Assembly (NCBI GenBank): GCA_964401155.1
Contig: CAYNXF010000004.1
Location: 42,887-106,886 of the forward strand
Length of the DNA stretch: 64,000 bases
Reading direction: 5' to 3'
Source: an uncultured Sphingopyxis sp.
GTDB lineage: Bacteria; Pseudomonadota; Alphaproteobacteria; Sphingomonadales; Sphingomonadaceae
The translations under genes and the position numbers were made by a program. Shown here piece by piece: positions 28,943 through 38,400 of this stretch; position 1 is the stretch's first letter, and the number at the start of each line of letters is the position of its first letter. The notes beneath the pieces were generated by a model. It saw only the letters and a list, made by a program, of their open reading frames with translations. It did not search any database and was not told the origin of the DNA.

Positions 28943-30846
28943 CTAACATAGCGCAGGCGGACGGTGCGATTGTCGGCGAGCGTCACGATGATGCGGTCAG
29001 CGCGGATGGCGAGCGGGGCATTGCCGATGCCGCCAACGCGCGCGCCGGCATTGTGCGTGCCCAGAAAGCTGATCATGTCGTCCTGATCGATGCCGTCGCC
29101 CGACACGCCAATCGCGCCGACCAGCCGATTGCCGCGATAGACGGGCACCGATCCCGGGAAAATCTGGATGCCATTGTGCAGCCGGTTCTGCGCGGGTGCG
29201 ACATCGGGCAGCGTGGTGCAGCGCTGCGGCGTATCGGGCCCCAGCCCCAGCACAAAGCCCAGATGCTGGCCGATATTGCCGATCACCAGCGCCGATTGCA
29301 GGCCGGTCGAGAAGGGATTGAACTGCGCGATGGGGCGCGACAGCGGACCATTGGGGCGGCCCACTTCACCATCGGGGAAATAGGGCCGCGCGATATTGCC
29401 GACCGAGCGATTGCCATAGGCGAAGGTGCCGGTTAGCGCCGACTGGTCATTCAGAAACGCCCGCGTTGCCGTCACCATGGCCGCAACGTCGGCACTGCCG
29501 CTCGCGGCGAGTTCGGCCCCCGCATTGGGGTGCGCAAAGAAATTCGCGGTGCGCGCCTTCTGCAGGGATACGTCGATCCCGAAAATCGGGGCGTCGGGTG
29601 ATCGCACCTGCCCAAGCACCGCGCCGTGCGTATCAACGAGGCTGATCGTCACCTGCGCGCGGCTGTCGAGCGGGCGGCGGATCTGGGCGCGCGCGCGGCT
29701 CATTACCGTGAAGGCTTCTTCCAGGATGGCGCGCGATTCGGCGAGCGTCAGCGGGGTGGGGTTGCTCGCCGCGTCGGTTCCGCCGCGCAGCGGGAAGCGC
29801 GCAGCGCCACTGCCGTTGGTGAGCAGAAAGGCGTCGCGGTTCGAAAATTCGGCCGCGGTGGAGGCACGGATGCCCGAAGCTTCGCTGCCATAGGCAGTGC
29901 CAGCAAGGATTGTCGCCGCCGCATATCCGGTCACCGCAACCAGCGTTCCGGCGGGTCCGTTCAGCGTCGCAAAGGCAGGCGCGCTGGTGGTGCTAAGCCC
30001 GGCGACGGTGGCGTCGGAAAAGCGCAAGCTGGTGCCATCGACGGTAATCCGGTCGGCGCGGATGTCGGTGGGTGCGTCAAAGCCGCGGGTACCAGCGAGC
30101 GCGATAAATTCTTCCGCGTCATTGTCGACGTCAAGGATATTGGGGTCCGAGCCATAGACGCCATCGGCCATCACCCCAACCCCGCCGACCAGCACGCCAT
30201 TTTTGTACAGCGGCAACCCGCCGGGGTCCGCCGCCAGCCCCAGCGGCGAACGCTTGGGGCCTGTCAGCGCCGCTGCGCCCGCTGCGCCAAAACGCTGGTT
30301 CAGGTCCGAACAGGGCAGCTGGCTGAACTGCACCCCGAACAAGGGCCCGCTTTCGAGACCCACGGTCGTCGGCGCGGGCGGGAAATGTTCCTGCACAATC
30401 TGGCTGGCCGTGCGCGTGGAAAAGGCGTTGCCGCCGCTCGACAGATAGGCCCCGGTAATCGCCTTGGCGATGGCTCCCGCCTCGGCCGGGAAGGTGACAT
30501 TCTGCGCGTCGATATTCGCGCCATTGGCTGCAGCGCTGCTGGTCGCATTGGCGCGGGCGCCGGTCATGCGGAACACGGCGAGCACATTGCCGACGCGGTC
30601 GGTGACGGCGATGACGGCGGGCAGGCTGCGCGCCTGCGCCTCCGCAATGCTCTGCGCCAAAACCCGCTCGACATCGGCCACGCTCAGCGATTCGGCGGCA
30701 GGAACCGAAAAGAGGTTGCCCGCAGGCGGCGGGGTGGGCGTCGGCGTGGGCACCACCGGCGGCGCGCTGCCGCCGCCCCCGCCGCAGGATGCAAGCAGTA
30801 AGGCCGCAATGGTCGTGGCAGATGTCAGGGGTCGCCTTTTCTGCAT
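28885..30846 (-). CDS. lipoprotein with two GlcG/HbpS (DUF336, haem-binding-type) domains
   Basis: Lipobox LLLAS-C, Gly5 and a PT linker. Unit 1: LSVADVERVL...AVIAVTDRVGNVLAVF...LYKNGVLVGGVGVMADG. Unit 2: LTLAESRAIL...ISLVDTHGAVLG...VYRGNRLVGAIGVSGDGIDQDD. Each unit is followed by IRADRI(T/I)V. Confidence 0.7.
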   Translation of the reverse strand: MQKRRPLTSATTIAALLLASCGGGGGSAPPVVPTPTPTPPPAGNLFSVPAAESLSVADVERVLAQSIAEAQARSLPAVIAVTDRVGNVLAVFRMTGARANATSSAAANGANIDAQNVTFPAEAGAIAKAITGAYLSSGGNAFSTRTASQIVQEHFPPAPTTVGLESGPLFGVQFSQLPCSDLNQRFGAAGAAALTGPKRSPLGLAADPGGLPLYKNGVLVGGVGVMADGVYGSDPNILDVDNDAEEFIALAGTRGFDAPTDIRADRITVDGTSLRFSDATVAGLSTTSAPAFATLNGPAGTLVAVTGYAAATILAGTAYGSEASGIRASTAAEFSNRDAFLLTNGSGAARFPLRGGTDAASNPTPLTLAESRAILEEAFTVMSRARAQIRRPLDSRAQVTISLVDTHGAVLGQVRSPDAPIFGIDVSLQKARTANFFAHPNAGAELAASGSADVAAMVTATRAFLNDQSALTGTFAYGNRSVGNIARPYFPDGEVGRPNGPLSRPIAQFNPFSTGLQSALVIGNIGQHLGFVLGLGPDTPQRCTTLPDVAPAQNRLHNGIQIFPGSVPVYRGNRLVGAIGVSGDGIDQDDMISFLGTHNAGARVGGIGNAPLAIRADRIIVTLADNRTVRLRYVSCPFAPFLDTAAQNVCDGL

Positions 30847-30856
30847 AAATCCAGCC

Positions 30857-32281
30857 TTAGCGCAGCGCCCGGATGGCGCGCACCGCGCTGCCGAGCGCGG
30901 CCTGAAAGTCGGCGGGGCGATAGGCATTGGGGTCCTTGACCGCCCCATAGGCACGGTCGATGTCGCTGCGGATACCAGCTGCCGCGCCGATGGTGACGCG
31001 GCCAGAAGCGACCATAGCGTTGAGCAGCGTGTCGATCCCCATCACCGCCTGCACTGAACCGGAGTAATCGGTGAAGCGCGGCGCAATTGCGCTGCCCGCG
31101 ATGGCGTCAACCAGCCGGAAGCCGTCCTCGGTCGAAAAATTGCGCGCCGCGAAGGCGTTTTCCAACTTCGCGCTGGTTTCGGCGAGCGCGGCGGCTGCCT
31201 TGACAGCACTGGTACGCCCTTCGGCCATCGCTGCATGGAATGCCTTGCCGCGCGCATCAAGCTCGGCAGCAAGGCCGGGATCGGCCAGCCGCGCAGCCGC
31301 CGCGAGCATGATCATATTTTCATCGTTGAACGGCGGCATCCCTTCGGGCAGACCCGCTCGGCCGGGATTGTTGATGCCGGTGCGCACCGCTTTGGCTTGA
31401 TCGAAAATGCGGCGATGGCAGCTGTGGCAATCATAGAAGTAGAATTCGGGGAACACGCCTTCGGTCCCGCGCCGCGACTGGAACAGCGCAAGGCTGCGCG
31501 ACAGCGCTGCCGCCTGCCCCACCGCCCACATCTGCATATGATCAGGCGCGCCCTTGCGCACCGTATAATCGCGGTCTTCGGCATGATGCTGTTGGAGGGT
31601 CGAGAAGAGGTCCATTTCAAAGGCGATGCGCGGATGCCCCGCCGCCATGATGCGGTGGGTGACGAACTGGCCATCGCCCGCCGCGCCATAATGGCAATCG
31701 AGGCAGACGCGCGCGCGCACTTTGGGGTCTTCCAGTTTGACCAGGCCTGCACCCAAATTGGCCAAATGTTTGGCGCGCATCTCAGCGTCAGGGTCGGCGC
31801 TGGTGCCCACCCCGGCATAATGGCTCGCCAGCCAGCCCCCCGACGGGCCGTGGCACGATTCGCAGCCAACCCCGTCGCTGCGATAGGCCGAGCCGCCGAC
31901 CGCGTCGCTGCTGTGGCAGCCCAGGCACATCGGCGCGCTGCTCGCGTCGCTGATCCCCAGATTGCGCGCGATGAATTGGCTGCGGCCGTTCGACAAAACC
32001 GCATAAGCGCGGCTGTGCGCACCGCCAGGGGTTGATGGTTCCTGCCAGCGCATCAGCTCGTCCTGGCGCACGACGGTCCCGTCGCCCTCCATCCGGCCGT
32101 GACAGGTCGACCCGGCGCAGGAGGCGACCCCGGTAAAGCGCGGCCCCCCTTCGGCCTGCGCCTGCGTCGCGGGGGCGCGGATGATGCCAAACGCCAGCAG
32201 GGCGCAGGCAAGCAACATGGCAACGAGCCCGAAGCGTCCGCTCCGCCCCGTGATCCAGCTGCGCAGTTCCATCCCCTGCAT
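30857..32281 (-). CDS. multihaem c-type cytochrome (4 CxxCH + 1 CxxxxCH) with N-terminal hydrophobic helix and Ala-rich helical C-terminal domain
   Basis: CAGSTCH, CLGCH, CESCH, CLDCH, CHSCH. Helix FGLVAMLLACALLAFGII. The ORF opens at GTG 32290, but ATG 32281 has an AAGGGGG RBS about 9 nt upstream. Confidence 0.8.
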   Translation of the reverse strand: MQGMELRSWITGRSGRFGLVAMLLACALLAFGIIRAPATQAQAEGGPRFTGVASCAGSTCHGRMEGDGTVVRQDELMRWQEPSTPGGAHSRAYAVLSNGRSQFIARNLGISDASSAPMCLGCHSSDAVGGSAYRSDGVGCESCHGPSGGWLASHYAGVGTSADPDAEMRAKHLANLGAGLVKLEDPKVRARVCLDCHYGAAGDGQFVTHRIMAAGHPRIAFEMDLFSTLQQHHAEDRDYTVRKGAPDHMQMWAVGQAAALSRSLALFQSRRGTEGVFPEFYFYDCHSCHRRIFDQAKAVRTGINNPGRAGLPEGMPPFNDENMIMLAAAARLADPGLAAELDARGKAFHAAMAEGRTSAVKAAAALAETSAKLENAFAARNFSTEDGFRLVDAIAGSAIAPRFTDYSGSVQAVMGIDTLLNAMVASGRVTIGAAAGIRSDIDRAYGAVKDPNAYRPADFQAALGSAVRAIRALR

Positions 32282-32322
32282 GGCCGTCACCCCCCTTTGA
32301 CCCCCCGGTCGAATCCCCGCCC

Positions 32323-33678
32323 CTATACCACGCCAAAGGCCAGCATGGCATCGGCAACTTTCTTAAATCCGGCGATATTTGCGCCCTTCACATAGTCGAT
32401 ATAGCCGCCGCCCTGATCACCATAGGCCAGACAACGTTCGTGGATGCCGTCCATGATATCCTTCAGCATCTGTTGCAACTCGGCTTCTTTCCAGCTGCGC
32501 CGTTCGCTGTTCTGGCTCATTTCGAGGCCCGAAACCGCGACGCCGCCGGCATTGGCGGCCTTGCCCGGCGCGAACATGATTTTCGCATCCTTGAACACAT
32601 GCACGCCGTCCAGATTGGTGGGCATGTTCGCACCTTCGCTGACCGCGATGCAACCGTTGGCGACCAGCGTCTTGGCATCCTCGCCCAGCAGCTCATTCTG
32701 CGTGGCGCAGGGCAGCGCGACATCGCACGGCACGCCCCACGGTGTTTTGCCCGCATGGAAGCTCGCCGACTTAAACTCAGCGCAATAATCCTCGATGCGG
32801 CCGCGCCGGTGCGTCTTGTGCGCTTTCACCCAGTCGATCTTTTCCTGCGTGATGCCGTCAGGATCGTGAATAAAGCCGCCCGAATCCGAAAGGGTCAGCA
32901 CCTTGCCGCCCAGCTGGACAATTTTTTCGGCCGCGTGCGTCGCGACATTGCCCGATCCCGAGATGACCGCGGTCTTGCCAGTCAGGTCCTGCCCCTTGGC
33001 GGCGAGCATATTGGCGAGGAAATAGACCGCACCATAGCCCGTCGCCTCAGTGCGGATAAGACTGCCGCCCCACTCCAGCCCCTTGCCGGTCAGCACGCCG
33101 GTGAATTCGTTGGTGATGCGCTTATATTGGCCAAACATAAAGCCGATCTCGCGCCCGCCGACGCCAATGTCACCGGCCGGCACGTCCACATCCGCGCCGA
33201 TGTGGCGGTACAGCTCGGTCATGAACGATTGGCAGAAGCGCATGATCTCGCGCACGCTTTTGCCCTTGGGGTTGAAGTTCGACCCGCCCTTGCCGCCGCC
33301 CATCGGCAGCCCGGTCAGCGCATTTTTGAACGTCTGTTCAAAGGCGAGGAATTTGAGGACCGATTCATTGACCGACGGATGGAAACGGATCCCGCCCTTA
33401 TAGGGGCCGATGGCATTATTGTTCTGCACCCGCCAGCCGCGCTGGACGCGGATATTGCCATTGTCATCCTCCCAGCAGACGCGGAACGACACCACCCGGT
33501 CGGGTTCGGCGATGCGGCGCAGGATTTGCTGGGCGTGATATTCTTCCTTGTCGGCCATGAAGTCGAAAATATCCTCGGCGACTTCCTGCACCGCCTGGAT
33601 AAATTCGGTTTGGCCGGGATTGCGCTTCTTCACACCCTCCATGAAGGTTGGAAAATCGACATGATCCGAAACTGCCAT
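32323..33678 (-). CDS. gdhA: NADP-specific glutamate dehydrogenase
   Basis: 451 aa. GPYKGGIRFHP and LPMGGGKGGSNFNPKG catalytic-Lys region, and GSGNVATHAAEK dinucleotide motif. Confidence 0.95.
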   Translation of the reverse strand: MAVSDHVDFPTFMEGVKKRNPGQTEFIQAVQEVAEDIFDFMADKEEYHAQQILRRIAEPDRVVSFRVCWEDDNGNIRVQRGWRVQNNNAIGPYKGGIRFHPSVNESVLKFLAFEQTFKNALTGLPMGGGKGGSNFNPKGKSVREIMRFCQSFMTELYRHIGADVDVPAGDIGVGGREIGFMFGQYKRITNEFTGVLTGKGLEWGGSLIRTEATGYGAVYFLANMLAAKGQDLTGKTAVISGSGNVATHAAEKIVQLGGKVLTLSDSGGFIHDPDGITQEKIDWVKAHKTHRRGRIEDYCAEFKSASFHAGKTPWGVPCDVALPCATQNELLGEDAKTLVANGCIAVSEGANMPTNLDGVHVFKDAKIMFAPGKAANAGGVAVSGLEMSQNSERRSWKEAELQQMLKDIMDGIHERCLAYGDQGGGYIDYVKGANIAGFKKVADAMLAFGVV

Positions 33679-33845
33679 TGCACCCCTCCCCGCGTGAAAG
33701 CTGGTTTATCGGTGCGACCCTTGAGATCGTGTTTTTTCTTGACCGACCTTCGGGCAAGAACGCTACACAATTGCAATTCAAAGGCAAGTGCGCGGGAGCA
33801 CAGCGGCGCAAGAATGTGGCTGCTGTCCAGTAGGATCGGTGGTTA

Positions 33846-34772
33846 ATGGCAGAAAGTGGCGGAATTTCGCGGATAAATCTGGCAATGCTGGCGATTGCTG
33901 CCGCCGTGTTGGCCGGGGCCATCGCCTATAGCCAGTGGGACAAGGGCGGCGACACGCCGAATCCTGCACCAACGGGCGCCGCCGCGAATCCGGCCGACTC
34001 GCTCGCCGCGCTCGAGGCTGCCGCGCGCGCCAACCCGCAAAGCGTCGATGCCTGGCAGACGCTGGGCGCGGCGCTGTTCGACACAGGGCGCTTTGCCGAT
34101 GCGGCGCAGGCGTTTGAAAAGGCCGTCGCGATCGCTCCGCAAACCGCCGTGCTTTGGTCGGCACTGGGCGAAGCAAGAGTTATGGCGAGCGAGCGCGACC
34201 CGATGCCGCCGCCTGCGCTGGAGGCTTTTCGCAAGGCCGCTTCAATCGACCCCAAAGACCCGCGCACGCGCTATTTTCTCGCCGTCAAACGCGACATTGA
34301 CGGCGACCACCAGGGCGCAATCAACGACTGGCTGGCGCTGCTGGCCGACACGCCTGCCGGAGCGCCATGGGAAGCAGACCTGCGGCGCACCATCGAACAG
34401 GTCGGGCAAATCCACAAAATCGAAGTCGCCAGCCGGCTCGCCGCCACCAAGCCGCGCGCGCTGACCGCCGAAGAGTTGCCCGTCGCCGCGCGTGCCATCC
34501 CCGGCCCCAGCCGCGCCGACATGGAGGCTGCGAGCCAGCTGCCCAAGGGCCAGCAAGACGCGATGATCAATTCGATGGTCGAGGGGCTGGAGGCCAAACT
34601 CAAAACCAACCCCACCAATGTCGACGGCTGGATCATGCTGATGCGCAGCCGCATGACGCTGGGCGAAACCGCCAAGGCCAGCGCGGCGCTGAAAAATGCG
34701 ATTGCAGCCAATCCGGGTGCGGCAGCGCGGTTGCGCGCGCAGGCCGAGCTGCTGGGTGTGCCGGGGGCTTAA
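33846..34772 (+). CDS. CcmI/CycH-like TPR protein (c-type cytochrome biogenesis accessory)
   Basis: N-terminal TM helix. TPR stretch ANPQSVDAWQTLGAALFDTGRFADAAQAFEKAV. DPRTRYFLAVKRDIDGDHQGAINDWLALL is typical of the CcmI C-terminal module. Confidence 0.6.
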   Translation: MAESGGISRINLAMLAIAAAVLAGAIAYSQWDKGGDTPNPAPTGAAANPADSLAALEAAARANPQSVDAWQTLGAALFDTGRFADAAQAFEKAVAIAPQTAVLWSALGEARVMASERDPMPPPALEAFRKAASIDPKDPRTRYFLAVKRDIDGDHQGAINDWLALLADTPAGAPWEADLRRTIEQVGQIHKIEVASRLAATKPRALTAEELPVAARAIPGPSRADMEAASQLPKGQQDAMINSMVEGLEAKLKTNPTNVDGWIMLMRSRMTLGETAKASAALKNAIAANPGAAARLRAQAELLGVPGA

Positions 34773-34775
34773 ACA

Positions 34776-35459
34776 ATGAAGGAACGGTTTATGCAATTTT
34801 TCCGGACAAGCGCAGCGGTAATGCTGATCTCCTGTTTGATGCCATCCCCAGCATGGGCCGCCGAATTTCAGTTCACCGTCGGTGACCAGTTGCTGACCTT
34901 GCCATTGCCGACGGGATATTGTTTGCCGGCCAACCGCGATAAGCAAATCGCGGACCTTGTTGCTGCTGGCGACACCGCAAACGTCACGCACACGATGTTC
35001 ATTCGATGCGAGCGGGCAGGGAACAACAAGGGACCCGGCAATGACTATATCATTATTAAGACGCCCTTATCAGCGGTCAGCGCTGTCGTAGAGCGTGATG
35101 AACTGTTGGCTGAACTAGCCACGGAGTTCGGGAAAGCGAATTGGCAAAATGGGGATGTTGCCAAGGAAATAGATAAAGAGAGCGAAGCAGGGCTTTCCCG
35201 TGTCTTGGGCACCTCGATAGCGATTGAGGGTGAATTTGGACCACGCGGGGCAGACGCCGAGTGCGCCTATCTTGGCGGATCGGTTAACGTCAGCGGCGCA
35301 GGCGTAAGCTATCCGGTCATCACAGGAAGCTGCATCACCTCGGCGGCTGGCAAGGTCGTGGTAGTCCACACTTATGACGACCCAGGCAAAGGTGGCGGGG
35401 TCGAAGGCAAGATGCGCTTTGCAAAGTCCATCGCCCTGACAATCAACAAGGCGCCCTAA
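34776..35459 (+). CDS. hypothetical secreted protein
   Basis: Signal peptide AVMLISCLMPSPAWA-AE. No recognisable motif. It starts 3 nt after the CcmI-like gene and is visibly richer in A/T-ending codons than its neighbours. Confidence 0.5.
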   Translation: MKERFMQFFRTSAAVMLISCLMPSPAWAAEFQFTVGDQLLTLPLPTGYCLPANRDKQIADLVAAGDTANVTHTMFIRCERAGNNKGPGNDYIIIKTPLSAVSAVVERDELLAELATEFGKANWQNGDVAKEIDKESEAGLSRVLGTSIAIEGEFGPRGADAECAYLGGSVNVSGAGVSYPVITGSCITSAAGKVVVVHTYDDPGKGGGVEGKMRFAKSIALTINKAP

Positions 35460-38400
35460 CCCGCCATCAACGCCGCATTGCCCCCCGCCGCCGTCACATC
35501 GGTCGAAATCACCTTTTCTTCGGCAAAGCGGAACAAGTAATGCGGCCCGCCTGCTTTCGGTCCGGTGCCCGACAGGCCGCGCCCGCCGAACGGCTGTGAG
35601 CCGACGATCGCGCCGATCTGGTTGCGGTTGACATAGACATTGCCGACCTGCGCGCGCGCGGCGATGTGCGCAGCCACGCTGTCGATGCGCGTATGCACGC
35701 CCAAAGTCAGGCCATAGCCCGAGGCGTTGATGGCATCGATCAGCTGGTCGAGTTCTCCCGCCTTCCAGGTGGCGACGTGCAAGACGGGTCCGAAAATCTC
35801 ACGCGTCAGGTCAGTCACCTTATCCAGGCGCACCATCACCGGCGGCACAAAATGCCCATCGCCGGGCAACACCAGCCGGTCGGCCTCCGCCAACACGCGC
35901 CCCTCGGCGCGCGCCGCTGCGACATAGGCGGCAATATTCGCCTGCGCTTCGGCATCGATGATCGGGCCGACATCGGTCGCGGGGTCAGCGGGGTCGCCAA
36001 CATTCAGCTCGCCCATCGCGCCCGCGATCATTTCAATCATCGTGTCGGCGACATCTTCTTGCACGCACAGCAGGCGCAGCGCCGAACAGCGTTGCCCCGC
36101 CGACTGGAAGGCCGATGCGACGGCATCGCGTGCCACCTGTTCGGGCAGCGCCGACGAATCGACGATCATGGCGTTGGCCCCGCCAGTTTCGGCAATCAGC
36201 GTTGCAATCGGCCCATCGCGCGCGGCCAATGTGCGGTTGATCGCGCGCGCCACCTCGGTCGATCCGGTGAAGGCCACGCCGGCAATCCCAGGATGGCTCG
36301 TCAGCACCGCGCCGACCGTCTCGCCGCGCCCGGGCAACAGGTGCAGCACGTCGGTGGGGATGCCCGCCGCATGGAGCAACTCCACCGCCGCCGCCGCGAT
36401 CAGCGGTGTCTGTTCGGCGGGCTTGGCGAGCACCGCATTGCCCGCCGCCAGCGCCGCCGCGACCTGTCCGGTAAAGATCGCCAGCGGGAAGTTCCACGGG
36501 CTGATGCACACAAACACCCCGCGTCCTTCGAGCAGCAATTCGTTGCGTTCCCCCGTTGGGCCAGGCAGCATCGCCGGACGTTCAAAATGCACGCGCGCTT
36601 CGGCCGCATAATAGCGCAGGAAATCGACCGCTTCGCGCAGTTCGGCGACGGCATCGGCCAGCGTCTTGCCCGCCTCGTCCATCGCCAGCGCCAGCAGCCG
36701 TGCCTCGGCCTCCTCGAACCGATCGGCAGCGCGCTCCAGCCGTGCCGCGCGAAAGGCGCCCCCTGCCAGACTCCAGTCGTCTTGTGCCGCGCGCGCGGCG
36801 GCGAAGGCCTGGTCGATGGCAGCAGTCTCCGCCTCGACGACATGGCCGACCACGGTGCCCGTTGCAGGGTTGCGCACGGCCATACGCGTGCCGTCACGCT
36901 GGTCCCCGTCAATAATCGGAAGCGCCAGCGCCGCTTCGCCCCGCGCCGCCGCCATACGCCCCAGCAGCGCTTCGGGCACGCCGGGTTGTCCCAGATCATG
37001 CCCGCGCGAATTGCGCCGCACGGGATCGAACAGCGCCGCGCCCGTCACCTGCGCTGGGGTGGGCCCTGATGCCAGCTCGCGCGGGTCGATGGCCAGCTGT
37101 TCCGCGGTAACATCGGGGTCAGAGAATTGATGCACAAAGCTGCTGTTCGCGCCATTTTCCAGCAGGCGCCGCACCAGATAGGCAAGCAGGTCGCGGTGGG
37201 TGCCCACCGGCGCATACACCCGCACCGGGCGCGGCGGCGGGTCCAACGCAACCAGCGCGTCGTGCGCGCCCTCGCCCATGCCGTGCAGCCGCTGCAGCTC
37301 ATAATCCGCGCCAGCAAAGGCGCGCGCGACATAAGCGAGCGTCATCGCATTATGGCTGGCAAAGGCCGGATAAATCGCATCCTGCATCCCCCGCAGCCGC
37401 AGCGCACAGGCGAGGTAATTGAGGTCGGTATGCTCTTTTGCCGTGAACACCGGAAAATCGGCAAGGCCCATCAACTGGGCGCGCTTGATCTCGGTATCCC
37501 AATAGGCCCCCTTGACCAGCCGCAGCGCCAGTTTCGCCCCGCGCGCGCGGGCCAGTGCCGCGACCCAGTCGATCACCGCGGGCGCACGCTTCTGATAGGC
37601 CTGCACGACAATCCCGAGGCCCGGCCAGCCGTCGGCAACGCCTGCCTCGACCAGCCCGGCAAAGATATCGAGATGCGGTTCCAGCCGGTCGCTTTCCTCG
37701 GCATCGATCATCAAGGGAATGTTGACGGCGCGGGCCGCGCGCGCGAGTTCGATCACGCGCGGCAGCAACTCGGCCCGCACGCGCGCACCTTGCAGATATT
37801 CGTAGCGCGGGTGCAGCGCGCTTAGCTTGATCGAAATGCCATGGTTGGCGTGCGGATCGCCGGGCCTCGCATCGCGGCCGATGCGCGCAATCGCATCGGC
37901 ATAGCTTTGCCAATAGCGCGCCGCATCGCCCGCGGTCCGCGCCGCTTCGCCCAGCATGTCAAAGCTCGCCAGTTCGCGGCTCTCTTTGTCGGCGCGCCTG
38001 ACCGCCGCGTCGATGGTTTCACCCATCACAAATTGCTGACCGAGCAGCTTCATCGCCGCGAGCGCGGCCTGGCGGATCACCGGCTCGCCCGAACGCCGGA
38101 TCATCCGCTTCAAAATGGTGAAGGGATTGGCCTGGCTGCCGATCTGGTCGAGCAGCAAAGTCGCCGACCCCAGCGACAGCCCGCGCGCCGACAATTCGAC
38201 GATCAGCGGGCTGGCATCGGCATCCTCGCCGCCGGTCCAGTGGCGCCCGGCAATTTTGTCGCGAATCAGCGCATTGGCGGTCGCCGAATCGGGGATGCGC
38301 AGCAACGCCTCGGCGAGGCACATCAGCACGACGCCTTCCTCGGTTGACAGGCGATAGCGGTTCATTAGCTGCGCGACGAGCGTCTCGCGCTCACCCTCAT

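Noticed and set aside
35666-37069. 467-aa plus-strand ORF, and several other ORFs inside 35456-38725
   Set aside because: All are antisense or out of frame relative to putA, which is unambiguous.
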